Shown in pieces: positions 51,207-62,067 of a DNA stretch of 64,000 nucleotides. Positions within the stretch are counted from its first letter, which is position 1. The number at the start of each line of letters is the position of its first letter. A program made the position numbers and the translations under genes. Origin of the DNA: Candidatus Kapaibacterium sp. (GTDB lineage: Bacteria; Bacteroidota; Ignavibacteria; Kapaibacteriales; UBA2268); the NCBI GenBank assembly GCA_963665665.1, contig OY762428.1, positions 1,408,001 to 1,472,000 of the forward strand, in the 5' to 3' direction. Under the pieces are notes generated by a model. The model searched no databases. It was not told the origin of the DNA and saw only the letters and a list, made by a program, of their open reading frames with translations.

Positions 51207-52142
51207 TTACCCGCTAATCAACTGCAGGAATGACTGCGGATTCTGGTTGGCCTGAGCCAACGATACAAGCGAGGCCTGCTGCAGGAACTGAGCTTTAACC
51301 AATTCAAGCTGCTCCTTGGCAACATCTGCATCCTCAATCCTGGAAATTGCAGCGTTATAGTTAACAATCTGCTCGTTCAGCAGGTCTTCCTGTGATTGCA
51401 GCCTGTTAACAACACCACCAACATAAGATGCAACTTTGTTGACATTATCAATAGCATCTGCAAGGCTTGTAAGGGTTGTCTGGAGAGTATCAAAATCGAA
51501 TATACCCAGATTTGATGCCGTAACATTGTCAAGGTCTCTCAGATCAAGGCCTGTAACACCTGCAAAATTATCAATCGACATAGAATTAATATCGAAATGC
51601 CCGCTTTCAACATTGAAGTCCTCATTCTGCGGTGTCATATCCAATGCCAGTGTCAGCAGGTTATGAGATGCATTCGTACCGATAACAAAATCTGCCGAAA
51701 AAGTACCGTCAATAAGCTGCCTGCCACCAAATACGGTTGAATCAACAACAGTCTGAATCTGCTCTGACATTCTGAAAGCAGCCTTGGCAAGAGCAATTTT
51801 TTCATCAGTACCCATAGCGCCGGATGCTGCTGTTGCTGTTGCTTCTTTAATCTGGCCCAGCAGATTATAGATATTGTCCATAGCGTCCATAACTATGTAT
51901 GAAACGTTCGACGCGTCGCCAACGGCTTTTAATGCAGCTTTCAAAGCGCCGTTCCTGGCCTGCAGGGCACGGGATGTAATGTAACCGGCAACATCATCGG
52001 CCGCATTATTGATTCTTTTTCCCGTAGATAGTCTCAACTGCCTGAGCGAAATCGACTTATTCGCTGAATCCAACGAGTTATAAGCATTCTCCGCCGGCGT
52101 GTTGGTTCTTATTCTTGCATTTCCTCCTATAGCAAAAGGCAT
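51207..52142 (-). CDS. fliC: Flagellin (copy 1)
   Basis: RLSTGKRINNAADDVAG, SRIEDADVAKE, AQANQNPQ. Confidence 0.92.
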   Translation of the reverse strand: MPFAIGGNARIRTNTPAENAYNSLDSANKSISLRQLRLSTGKRINNAADDVAGYITSRALQARNGALKAALKAVGDASNVSYIVMDAMDNIYNLLGQIKEATATAASGAMGTDEKIALAKAAFRMSEQIQTVVDSTVFGGRQLIDGTFSADFVIGTNASHNLLTLALDMTPQNEDFNVESGHFDINSMSIDNFAGVTGLDLRDLDNVTASNLGIFDFDTLQTTLTSLADAIDNVNKVASYVGGVVNRLQSQEDLLNEQIVNYNAAISRIEDADVAKEQLELVKAQFLQQASLVSLAQANQNPQSFLQLISG

Positions 52143-52143
52143 T

Positions 52144-52161
52144 ATTCACCTCCATGTGAAT
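52144..52161 (-). promoter_or_regulatory. Putative CsrA-binding hairpin over the flagellin RBS
   Basis: ATTCAC-ATGGAG-GTGAAT: ANGGA in a hexaloop immediately before the ATG. Confidence 0.6.
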
Positions 52162-52333
52162 AGTATTACATAAATAGATCAATTGCCTGAAAATTTCCGG
52201 GCGAAGCAGGTTTCATGGTTATCGCTTTTATTTTAGCTCCGCCCCGAATTAAACTCAATCGTTAGTTTTCAAAATTATAGCACTTGTTCAAAACCCTGAT
52301 TCGGGTTTCGATATTTAAATGCTCTTTCCATTT

Positions 52334-52350
52334 TACAACTTGTGTGCCAA
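52334..52350 (-). promoter_or_regulatory. Putative sigma-54 promoter of the flagellin genes
   Basis: TTGGCAC-ACAAG-TTGTA; one mismatch to TGGCAC-N5-TTGC. Confidence 0.5.
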
Positions 52351-52682
52351 ACAGGAAAATCATCCTTTTTATCAACTTTTCAATAGTGCTTTATTTCCTT
52401 TATTACTTGTGCCATTCAATGATAATACCATGCCAAACTTAAGAGCCAGACTGCCTTTTGCCATAAATTCAAGCACGAGGGCATCTGCTCTTACTTTGTG
52501 AAATTTTATTATTTTCAGCCGTTACCTGTCAAATTTTAAAATGTCTAAAATAAACACATCCTTGAGTATAATAATCTACACTTGGCTAATCATGGTCATT
52601 AATGACCAAAAAATTCAACCCAACATTTTCTCATCTAAAGCGTATTTTTAGTATATTGCAATTGAAATTACAGGAAGAATTT

Positions 52683-52898
52683 ATGTTAAAGTTTTTATTA
52701 GTCATATTAATTATTTTCATTCTGTTCCTTGTTGGATCAAGTATGATACTTCGTTGGGCCCGAAAGATTGTTAACAGTTTCGGAACAGGAAGACAAACCA
52801 ATTCAAAAATGGGCAACGAAAAAAAAGATAAGGACGTACTATATAATAAAGACGATATTGTTGTCATGAAAGGCGACGCAGGGAAGAAAAAGAACTAA
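52683..52898 (+). CDS. Small membrane protein
   Basis: N-terminal TM helix and basic tail; upstream of ppx. Confidence 0.6.
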   Translation: MLKFLLVILIIFILFLVGSSMILRWARKIVNSFGTGRQTNSKMGNEKKDKDVLYNKDDIVVMKGDAGKKKN

Positions 52899-52931
52899 AA
52901 ATCTGGTATTAATGACAAAACGGATAATCTA

Positions 52932-54494
52932 ATGAACGATCAGGCTCCTCTAATTGCAGCTATTGACCTTGGCACTAATTCATTCCACATGGTAATTGCA
53001 AGTGTGAACCAGCGTGGAATGCTTGATATAAAATCCCGCGATAAAGAAATGGTGCGCCTTGGCAGGTCGCACAAAGATATGAAAAGGCTTCATCCCGACG
53101 CAATTGAGCGCGGTGTGGAAACATTGAAGAACTTTGTAAAAATTGCAAAAAGCGAGTTTGCACAAATTCGTGCAGTTGCTACCAGCGCTGTCAGGGAAGC
53201 TTCCAACCAGAAAGAATTCCGGGACAGGGTAAAAGAAGCTACAGGTATTAATATCGAGGTAATATCAGGTGCTGAAGAAGGCAGGCTTATTTACCAGGGT
53301 ATCATCCATTCTCTTCCTGTGTTTGACAAAACCACACTTTTGATTGATATTGGCGGTGGAAGTACCGAAACTGTAGTTGGCCTTAGTGGTAATATAAAAT
53401 ATGTTCACAGCGAAAAAATCGGGGCAATCAGGCTTACAAAAGGATTTTTCCCCAATGGAATCTCCAATCCTTACCGGGTTGAGGAATGCAGGGATTTTAT
53501 CAAAGGCGCATGGTCACCAACAATGAAAAGGCTGAAAGAATGTAATCTTGAAACTGTGGTTGGTACTTCAGGAACTATACAAAATATAGCGCTAATGGCC
53601 CTTGCTGCAAAAAATGTTGACATTCCGGATATTACTAACGGCCTGAAAGTATCCGCTAAAGAAATGCTTAAAACAATTGAAAAAATTGTCTCAACAAAAA
53701 CCCCCGAAGAAAGACTTAATATAAAAGGTATGGATCCGAAACGTGCTGATATTATCGTTGGCGGGGCTTTGATAATTGAGCATGCATTAAAAACCTTAGA
53801 TATTAAGGATATTGTAATTTCATCCTACGCCCTGCGTGAAGGAATCGTTTTTGATACTTACTCCAAAATGAAATCTATTAAGGAACACAGGAACCTTAAT
53901 AACCTGAGATATGAAACAATTTTGAACCTGTGCCAGAGATACAATGTTGAAATGATTCACTCACGCCACGTAAAAGAAATTGCCCTGGCAATATACGACG
54001 ACCTTCAATCCATGCACAAACAACCTGCCGATACAAGAGAAATGCTGGAAGCCGCTGCATTGCTCCATGATGTCGGATATCACATATCTCACGATCAGCA
54101 TCATAAGCACAGCTATTATATTATTAAAAATTCAGTTATGCCGGGGTTCACTAACAACGAATCCGACCTGATAGCAAATATTGCCCGATACCACAGGAAA
54201 AGCCACCCGAAGAAAAAACATGATAATTTCAATCGGCTTACTAAGGAAAAGCAGGAAATTGTAAAGCTGCTTGGCGGAATATTAAGAATTGCCGAAGGTA
54301 TCGACAGGCGTCAGCTTAAAGTTGTGAATAAAGTCAAAGCTGATTTCCACAACAATGAGATCAATATCTATTTGTACCATGCTGAAAATGAAATAATCCC
54401 TGATATTGAAATATGGGGAGCTAACCGAAGAAAATCACTGCTTGAAGCAACCTTCGATAAAAAAGTCAATTTCCACCTTGTTGCTGAAGGATAG
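52932..54494 (+). CDS. ppx: Ppx/GppA exopolyphosphatase with HD domain
   Basis: AAIDLGTNSFH, ATSAVREA.N, DIGGGSTE, LREG, LLHDVG. Confidence 0.95.
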   Translation: MNDQAPLIAAIDLGTNSFHMVIASVNQRGMLDIKSRDKEMVRLGRSHKDMKRLHPDAIERGVETLKNFVKIAKSEFAQIRAVATSAVREASNQKEFRDRVKEATGINIEVISGAEEGRLIYQGIIHSLPVFDKTTLLIDIGGGSTETVVGLSGNIKYVHSEKIGAIRLTKGFFPNGISNPYRVEECRDFIKGAWSPTMKRLKECNLETVVGTSGTIQNIALMALAAKNVDIPDITNGLKVSAKEMLKTIEKIVSTKTPEERLNIKGMDPKRADIIVGGALIIEHALKTLDIKDIVISSYALREGIVFDTYSKMKSIKEHRNLNNLRYETILNLCQRYNVEMIHSRHVKEIALAIYDDLQSMHKQPADTREMLEAAALLHDVGYHISHDQHHKHSYYIIKNSVMPGFTNNESDLIANIARYHRKSHPKKKHDNFNRLTKEKQEIVKLLGGILRIAEGIDRRQLKVVNKVKADFHNNEINIYLYHAENEIIPDIEIWGANRRKSLLEATFDKKVNFHLVAEG

Positions 54495-54899
54495 CTTTTA
54501 TTACTTTTTCAGTGGATATAAGGCCGGAGTATAATGGTAGTTTCATTATGAATATGAACTATCAGATCTTCGGAATAGACGTAATTTTTATATTCTCAGT
54601 TTTGATTGTTTCGATACAGTAAACGCCCGTTATTCTGAAATGCCTGGATATCCAACACCTCCGAAGGATGGGCTTGCTGAAAAACTGCAAAAATGCCGCA
54701 GCTACGCTGCTTTCGGTTTATACTCCTTCCCAAGCCCCGCTTGGGAAGGAGGGGAAACTCCCTCTCCAGCACTCTCCCTCCATTCTTCCACTTTAATGAA
54801 TCGAATAATTTCCTTGTTTCAATGCTGTTTTGAATCAGAATCCTGATGTTTGGGCTAATCGCTTTGCTGTCGGGGTTTTAAACTGCTATGTCCGGAGGT

Positions 54900-55655
54900 A
54901 TTGAAGCATTGTTTGGCCTTATTGTAGTGAAATCCGGCCTAATTGTACGCTTGTTCCGCCTCGTTGCTTGCTTGTTTCGCCTAATTGCTTGCTTATTCCG
55001 CCTCATTGCTTGCTTGTTTCGCCTCATTACACGCTTGTCTTGCCTCATTGAAGTCTTGTTCCTCTTCATTGCTTGCTTGTTCCGCTTCATTGCTTGCTTG
55101 TTTCGCCTTATTTCTTGCTTTTTCCGCCTTATTGCTCACTTGTTCCGCCTTATTTCTTGCTTGTTCCGCCTCATTGCTTGCTTGTTATACCTCATTGCTT
55201 GCTTGTTCCGCCTCGTTGCTTGCTTGTTCCGCCTTACTGCTCACTTGTTCTGCCCTATTGCTTGCTTGTTCTGCCTCATTGATGTCTTGTTTCGCTTCAT
55301 TACTTGCTTGTTCCGCCTTATTTCTTGCTTGTTCCGCCTCATTGCTTGCTTGTTATACCTCATTGATGTCTTGTTTCGCTTCATTACTTGCTTGTTCCGC
55401 CTTATTGAAGTCTTGTTCTGCTTCATTGCTCGCTTGTTCCGCCTCATTGATGTCTTGTTCCGCCTCATTGTTTGCTTGTTCTGCCTTATTGCTTGCTTGT
55501 TTCGCTTCATTGAAGTTTTGTTTTGCCTTATTGCCTGCTTGTTCCGCCTCGTTGCTCACTTGTTCTGCTTCATTGCTGTCTTGTTTTGCCTCATTGCTCA
55601 CTTGTTCGGCTTCATTGCTTGCTTGTTTGGCTTCATTGCTTGCTTGTTTGGCATT
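54900..55655. repeat. 21-bp tandem repeat array (~35 units, CTTGTTCCGCCTCATTGCTTG)
   Basis: Directly visible; produces heptad pseudo-ORFs in several frames. Confidence 0.95.
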
Positions 55656-55689
55656 GAAATCCCGAAGGTAGAGATGAGAATAGTCTTTA

Positions 55690-56175
55690 GATATAACTGA
55701 TAATCAAATATATAGCCCAAAATATTAAATAGTATACTAATTCTAACAAATATATAGTATTTATAATAATTTATATAATATATCCAAGCCTTGATATAGT
55801 TCATCTAACAAAACTTTTTATATAAATAACTAATTATCTTATATATATAATTAAATAATTGGTATGATTTATTAAATTAGTATTATAGACTATTAAATAT
55901 TAGTATTAACCTATTAATTAATTAGTATATCTAATTTGTTAGAACAATTAAATATATACTTGGATACTCAATATATTTTATAAATAAAGAATAATAAATT
56001 ATAAAATGGAGTGATTAATGACTTGTTTGAATTATTTATTTGATTAGTTATATTATTAATATTGTAAATCTATATGATTATTTAATAATTCTATAAATAT
56101 ATTTATTACAAATACTTAAATATTTACTAATTCTTATGATATATTTTATTATTCAAGTATTATAAATTATTCAAT
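55690..56175. other. Extremely AT-rich non-coding tract
   Basis: G+C visibly far below the flanks; no credible ORF. Confidence 0.8.
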
Positions 56176-56220
56176 CAGCAAAATATTTCGGATTCCAACG
56201 CTACACAAGCAATCATTACC

Positions 56221-56815
56221 ACCGACCAAGGCAGCAATTGAATCAAACATCTATGCAATAACTCCGACCCCTCCCAAACCCTCCCCGAAGGAGAGGGCTT
56301 TGAAGAAGAATAAAGCAGCAATAGAATAAACCATTGGTTCTTTGCTTTTGACCAAGGCAGCAATGACTCCGACCCCTCCCAAACCCTCCCCGAAGGAGAG
56401 GGCTTTGAAGTAAAACAAGGCAGCAATAGAATAAACCATTGGTTCTTTGCTTCCGAACAAGGCAACAATGGTTTAGACCAAGGCGGCAATAACTTAAAAC
56501 ATCTATGCAATAACTCCGACCCCTCCCAAACCCTCCCCGAAGGAGAGGGCTTTGAAGAAGAATAAAGCAGCAATAATGTCAAATATCAGTTCTTTGTCTC
56601 CAACCAAGGCAGCAATGACTTCGACCAAGGCAGCAATAACTTCGACCCCTCCCAAACACACGCGGTGTGGAACCCTCCCCGAAGGAGAGGGCTTTGAAGT
56701 AAAACAAGGCAGCAATAGAATAAACCATTGGTTCTTTGCTTTCGAACATTGGTGCATTGACTCCAACCAAGGCAGCAATGACTTAGAACATTAGTGCATT
56801 GCCTTCGACCCCTCC
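56221..56815. repeat. 21-bp-register array (GACCAAGGCAGCAATGACTCC-like) with four embedded 42-bp REP-like modules
   Basis: CCGACCCCTCCCAAACCCTCCCCGAAGGAGAGGGCTTTGAAG at 56264, 56369, 56516 and ~56642 (the last with an insertion). Confidence 0.9.
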
Positions 56816-56862
56816 AACCTTCCCACGACCGTATCTTTCATACATTATCTGCATAGTAAGAT

Positions 56863-56895
56863 GGATTCTTCAGTCGCAAGCTCCTTCAGAATGAC
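56863..56895 (-). repeat. Half copy of a GTCATTCTGAA...GAAGAATCC REP-like element
   Basis: Reverse complement resembles 63406-63431. Confidence 0.6.
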
Positions 56896-57042
56896 TTTTT
56901 TTTATCAGGGATGCCTGCCCCGATTTTACCGGGAACTACTGCTTTTCAGGTTTGTAAGTCAGGTTCTTAGTTGGGGGAAATAACTTGTATTGGAATAGTT
57001 AAGGCTATGGAATGAACAATTTCGTGGATTTCGGAGTTCTGA

Positions 57043-59496
57043 CTACTTGAATATTATCTTCAGCATTGTAAAGTCGTCATCAAGGGAATGATGGCCGCGC
57101 ATTTTCTTAACGTGTTTGTATAGTTTTATTATCTCGCTGCCACCGGGTTCGGTATTTTCTTTAAGGAATGATGTCATGTTATCCATTTCCCAGAACTGGC
57201 CGTTTGCATCCCTTATTTCATAAACTCCGTCAGAATATACAAATATGGTAGTGTTTTCCGGAATAGTTATTTCATCTGCTTTAAAATCAAAGCTTGCCAG
57301 CCCTGCAATAGCATAGTTTTTTACATTCAAATCGCGTGATTCGCCCCCGGGAATCAGCATAAGGGCCGGTGGATGGCCGGCGCTGGAATATCTGATAGTC
57401 CTGGTTTTCTTATTATAAACGCCGTACCAAATTGTGAAGAAAATATTATTATGTTTCTTCATCATGAATGATTTGTTTAGTGAAGTAAGCACTGACACAG
57501 GATCCCGGTAGTCCGTATCCGGAAGGTTCTCGAATCTAAGAACATTCAGAACTGAAACTGAGTGCAAAGCAGAACCCACACCATGGCCGGAAACATCAAG
57601 CAGATAAAAGGCAAAATGTTCATCATCCATCCAGTGGTAGCCGAAAGAATCGCCGCCAATCTTGGATGAAGGGATAAGTTCCCAGTTTGTTGTAATTGCA
57701 CCATTATTAATTCTTGGCGGGAGCAGTGATGCAACATAATCCGCAGCCCGGTTCAGGTCGTTATTAATAATATCAAGATAGCTGTCCTTCTCCCGATTGG
57801 AATTAGTCAGGTCATGTTCGGATTTTACCAGTTTCTCGTTTGCAATACCAAGTTCAACATTTTTCTCTTCCAGAAGGCGATTGGTTCTTTTGCTGAATAC
57901 AAATAGTCCGTACAATATTAATGCAATAAGAAGGATAAGAGTAAAACCTATTATCAGGTAGTTTTTCATCTCCTCCTGAATTTCCTTATCTTTGGACAGG
58001 GTCTTAATTTCAGTTTCCTTTTTCTCCAGCTCGTACATAAAGCGTACTTCAGAAACATCTTTGGAATTCCTGTGAGTACCCAGGCTGTCTTTCAATTTAT
58101 CATGAAGTTTTCGATATTTAAAAGCCTTATAATAATCCTGTTTATCGGAAAAAATATCCGACATAGCAGAATATATCTGAACCAGGGACTCGTTTACATT
58201 ACCGATAGTGGCAAGATTTTCAGCCTCGCTGATATATTTCAAAGCTGTTTCGTAATCACCCTTATTTCGGTATGCCTGACTCAGGCTATAGGCTGTTTGA
58301 GCTATAAGGGGGTACATCTCAAAATCCCGCCAGATAACAAGAGCATTATCATAGAGTTTAATAGCCTGGTCGGGTTTATCCAGGTTCAGGTTCACATTTC
58401 CGATATTCATCAAAGACCTGGCAATCAGAGATTTGTTCCCCATTTCCTTATATATCAGCAAGGCAAGTTTATAGTAATGCAGCGCCTTTTTATAATTCTT
58501 TTGCATTTCGGCATTCAGCGCTATCATACCAAAAGTTTCGGCTATCATCTGATTGTGTTCCATTTCGCGGAAAATATTCAGCGCCCTAAGCAGATAATCC
58601 ATTGCCTCGTCATATTTTCCAAGCCTTGTATTCAAATAACCGATATAAGAAAGTACCTGCGCTTCCTGAATTTTATCATTTTGCTTAAGAATAAGTTCAA
58701 GAGCTTTTAGATAATAAGATTTCGATTCGTCGAACCTTTCCCAGCTGTGATATATCGTACCCAATAACTTCAGATATGTTATTTTTCCTTCAAATCCTTT
58801 AATTTCATTTGCCCGCTTCGAGGCCATCACAAAATATTCAACGGCCTTCTCGTAATCTCCCCGGCTCTTATAAATATTACCCATATCCTGATAATTCCAT
58901 ACAAACAGGAAGGAATTGGCATCAAGCGAATCATATTTCAAAGCCTTGTTAAAATATTCAAGTGCTTTATCATAATGTCCGGCAGAATTATAAAGCCTTG
59001 CCATATTTGTATATGAAAAAGAGGCACATTCATAATAATCAATATCAACTGACAAATGTGCTGATTTTCTGAAATAATCGAATGCTTTTTCGTGCTTGCC
59101 CTGGTTTGTGGCACAAACACCGAGATATCTAAGTACAAAAGCCTTGCCCTTATCATAATTAGTAGCCATTGCCAGATCCCTGGCCTGTAATAACTTCTCT
59201 TTTCCAACTTCACATCTGCCAGAATGGCTGTATCCGGCACCCATATACATCAGGGCATCAATCATACCGACAGAGTCTTTTACTCCCCGGGCAATTTCCA
59301 ACGCCTCGGTGGATAACTTTATTGTTCTCTCGGGAAAAGTAGCCCTGTATTCATTGGCAAGTTTATTCAAAGGTTCAATCCTGTCTGCACCCTGTAGATT
59401 TTTCAGGCAAAGCTCCAGGCTGTCCGGTTTTTCATAAGATAATAGCGGGTTAATAATAAAAAGTAAAAGGATTAATATTTGAATATTTTTTTTCAA
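57043..59496 (-). CDS. TPR-repeat membrane sensor with SpoIIE/PP2C phosphatase domain
   Basis: Signal peptide, many TPRs, TM helix, GGDSF, DVSGHGV, SAGHPP, YSDG, DDFT. Confidence 0.92.
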   Translation of the reverse strand: MKKNIQILILLLFIINPLLSYEKPDSLELCLKNLQGADRIEPLNKLANEYRATFPERTIKLSTEALEIARGVKDSVGMIDALMYMGAGYSHSGRCEVGKEKLLQARDLAMATNYDKGKAFVLRYLGVCATNQGKHEKAFDYFRKSAHLSVDIDYYECASFSYTNMARLYNSAGHYDKALEYFNKALKYDSLDANSFLFVWNYQDMGNIYKSRGDYEKAVEYFVMASKRANEIKGFEGKITYLKLLGTIYHSWERFDESKSYYLKALELILKQNDKIQEAQVLSYIGYLNTRLGKYDEAMDYLLRALNIFREMEHNQMIAETFGMIALNAEMQKNYKKALHYYKLALLIYKEMGNKSLIARSLMNIGNVNLNLDKPDQAIKLYDNALVIWRDFEMYPLIAQTAYSLSQAYRNKGDYETALKYISEAENLATIGNVNESLVQIYSAMSDIFSDKQDYYKAFKYRKLHDKLKDSLGTHRNSKDVSEVRFMYELEKKETEIKTLSKDKEIQEEMKNYLIIGFTLILLIALILYGLFVFSKRTNRLLEEKNVELGIANEKLVKSEHDLTNSNREKDSYLDIINNDLNRAADYVASLLPPRINNGAITTNWELIPSSKIGGDSFGYHWMDDEHFAFYLLDVSGHGVGSALHSVSVLNVLRFENLPDTDYRDPVSVLTSLNKSFMMKKHNNIFFTIWYGVYNKKTRTIRYSSAGHPPALMLIPGGESRDLNVKNYAIAGLASFDFKADEITIPENTTIFVYSDGVYEIRDANGQFWEMDNMTSFLKENTEPGGSEIIKLYKHVKKMRGHHSLDDDFTMLKIIFK

Positions 59497-59502
59497 TTTA
59501 TA

Positions 59503-60705
59503 TTATAGCTTAAAACTTTCATAAAGAACTTTCACGGGAACCCTTCCCAGTTTTTTGGACAGGTAGCTGTCCTTGATATTTCTCGCGGCTTTTGTAAGGT
59601 CTTCGGATTTGATTCCCGCATTTATTGAATTATACGCTTCAAGAAATGCCGCCAGATGATCCGCCCCACGGATCAATTCACCGTCATAGGGATTAAAGAC
59701 GTCGCTGTTGTAATTATCGTTGATGATATCAACAGTAATTTTGCTTTTTAAAATATCTCCTTCAACGAAAACTTTATTGCTGAATTCATCCTGTGTAAAA
59801 TATTTAATTTCTTCGATCCATTCTTCTTCAAGCAGTGGGAATATTTCCTCTTCTGCAAGCTGTCTTTCAATATCTTTCAGAAATATATCGAATTCCGTAA
59901 CGGATTTTTTCAACGGCGAAATAATATCCCTTGTAACAGCTTCTGCAAGATCATGGAACAGTCCACCAAAAAAATCGTTATAAAGGCGCTTGAAGCAGGC
60001 TTTATTCTCCCGGGCAAAGAAATAAGATATTGCAGCAACAAGCATAGTATGCCCGAGTACAGAAGTAGAAGGGATCCTCGGAGTTTGAGCCCAGCGCACC
60101 TGAAAACGCAACTGCCCGAAAAGGTCGACAAAGTTTGAAATCGTATGTCTGTTGATCAGGCGGTAAACACCATCCAGATCTTTATATTTTTCAATTCTGT
60201 TCAGTAGTTCTTTTTCAATCCTGGTATTTTGATAATTATTCGGATTTGAGTTCTTAATAATCTGAAATTCCCAATAACTGGCATAAATATGAGCAGCATT
60301 CAGGCATTTGTCAGTCAGGTCTTCATCATCAATATCTGTGAAAAGATATTCTTTCAGTTCATTACTTATCTCTTCGTTCTCTATTTTTGATTCCAGAACG
60401 GAATAAACATATTCGTTCAGCTTTCTGAAAACCTCTTTATCCCTGGTAATCCTGGAATAAATCGGCGACTTTATGTCGGAAATGACTATTCTGCGCAATA
60501 ACTCGTAGATACCATTTTTTATTATCCTGTCCCAATCAATTTCGTGGCCGCGTTTCTCCTCATATTTACCAAGAACGTAGGCCACAATCATTTTATGGGC
60601 ATGTTTATCCATTTCGGTGATTTCCATGGGACGTATCCTGTCATTCCACCTTTGAATATAAAAACCTCTGAATAATTCGTTAACAAGTGAAAAATTTGCT
60701 ATCAC
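59503..60705 (-). CDS. HD-domain phosphohydrolase (YfbR-like, duplicated fold)
   Basis: IQRWND, SVLGH, FHDLAE...RDIISP, ADHLAAFLEA. Confidence 0.85.
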   Translation of the reverse strand: MIANFSLVNELFRGFYIQRWNDRIRPMEITEMDKHAHKMIVAYVLGKYEEKRGHEIDWDRIIKNGIYELLRRIVISDIKSPIYSRITRDKEVFRKLNEYVYSVLESKIENEEISNELKEYLFTDIDDEDLTDKCLNAAHIYASYWEFQIIKNSNPNNYQNTRIEKELLNRIEKYKDLDGVYRLINRHTISNFVDLFGQLRFQVRWAQTPRIPSTSVLGHTMLVAAISYFFARENKACFKRLYNDFFGGLFHDLAEAVTRDIISPLKKSVTEFDIFLKDIERQLAEEEIFPLLEEEWIEEIKYFTQDEFSNKVFVEGDILKSKITVDIINDNYNSDVFNPYDGELIRGADHLAAFLEAYNSINAGIKSEDLTKAARNIKDSYLSKKLGRVPVKVLYESFKL

Positions 60706-60774
60706 TTTAATATCCCGTTATAATGGATAAACCTTAAAAAAATTACGATACAACAATTACAATGTTTCGATATT

Positions 60775-62067
60775 TCAGAAGATACTGCTTATAGCCTGTT
60801 CAAATGCCTCGAGAGTTCTATCCAGGTCGGTCAGATGGTGTTCTGTTGATACAAACATCGCTTCGAACTGTGAAGGAGCCAGCCATATCCCTCTGTCCAG
60901 CATAGCATGGAAATATTTTGCATACATTTTTGTATCGGATGAAACTGCACCCCTGAAATCTATTACTTCTCCTTCGGTGAAAAACATACAAGACATAGAC
61001 CCAACGCGGTTCATTGTAAAGTTCTTCCCCGCTTTCGACCTAACAGCATCCTTCATACCCGATTCCAGGTACGCAGCTTTTTCTTCGATGAAGGAATAAA
61101 TATCGGGATGATCTTTTATATATTCAAGCATTGCAATACCCGCCGACATAGCGAGAGGATTCCCGCTAAGCGTACCGGCCTGGTATATTGATCCGAGCGG
61201 CGATATTTTTTCCATAATTTCTTTTTTTCCGCCAAAAGCCCCAACCGGCATTCCACCGCCAATCACTTTACCAAAAGTAACCAGGTCGGCATCGATACCA
61301 TAAATTTCCTGAGCTCCTCCGGCAGCCACACGAAATCCGGACATAACTTCATCGAATATCAATACTATTCCTTCGTTTGCACAAACTTCTTTTAATTGCA
61401 GCAGGAACTCTCTGTCTGCGGGCACAACACCCATATTACCTGCTATCGGTTCAATAATTAGCGCTGCAATTTCTCCTTTGTTTTCCCGGATAATATCTTT
61501 CACGCTGTTAATATTATTATATTCCGCAAGAAGAGTATCGGCAGCTGTAGCTTTAGTTACACCGGGAGATGTTGGAACGCCGAATGTAAGCGCACCTGAA
61601 CCGGCTTTTATAAGAAAGGAATCGCCGTGGCCGTGGTAGCAGCCCTCGAATTTTATAAATTTATCCCTGCCGGTATAACCCCTGGCAAGTCTTACAGCGC
61701 TCATTGTAGCTTCAGTTCCGCTGTTCACCATTCTTACCATTTCGATTGAAGGAACCAGGCTGCAGATCAGTTCCGCCATCTTAACTTCCTTTGCTGTAGG
61801 AGCACCAAAGCTCGTACCGTCTTTCATGGCTTCTGACAGGGCCTCGCGGATAAACCCGGGATTATTGCCAAACAAATGAGGCCCCCAGCTACCCACGTAA
61901 TCAATAAATTCATTTCCATCCTCATCGTAAATGTATGGCCCTTTTGCCGATTTCACAAACAAAGGATCGCCCCCGACAGACCCGAAAGCACGAACCGGCG
62001 AATTTACACCGCCGGGAATATATTGTTTTGCCTGCCTGAATAGTTCTTTACTTTTTTTGATTTCCAT
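60775..62067 (-). CDS. hemL: Glutamate-1-semialdehyde 2,1-aminomutase
   Basis: PGGVNSPVRAF, NSGTEA, GCYHGH, FDEVMSGFR, GKVIGGG, GTLSGNP. Confidence 0.98.
   Translation of the reverse strand: MEIKKSKELFRQAKQYIPGGVNSPVRAFGSVGGDPLFVKSAKGPYIYDEDGNEFIDYVGSWGPHLFGNNPGFIREALSEAMKDGTSFGAPTAKEVKMAELICSLVPSIEMVRMVNSGTEATMSAVRLARGYTGRDKFIKFEGCYHGHGDSFLIKAGSGALTFGVPTSPGVTKATAADTLLAEYNNINSVKDIIRENKGEIAALIIEPIAGNMGVVPADREFLLQLKEVCANEGIVLIFDEVMSGFRVAAGGAQEIYGIDADLVTFGKVIGGGMPVGAFGGKKEIMEKISPLGSIYQAGTLSGNPLAMSAGIAMLEYIKDHPDIYSFIEEKAAYLESGMKDAVRSKAGKNFTMNRVGSMSCMFFTEGEVIDFRGAVSSDTKMYAKYFHAMLDRGIWLAPSQFEAMFVSTEHHLTDLDRTLEAFEQAISSIF

Noticed and set aside
54888-55700. Long ORFs (ACLFRLI, SASLLAC, MRRNKQA and SNEAEQA heptads)
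   Set aside because: By-products of the 21-bp repeat; several frames are open at once and the minus frames are broken by stops. Not called as genes.
55690-56175. Chromosomal oriC
   Set aside because: No TTATCCACA-type box cluster and no dnaA/gidA context; kept only as an unexplained AT-rich tract.
56221-56815. Possible CRISPR array
   Set aside because: The spacers are 60-105 bp and are themselves repeated; no cas genes are present.
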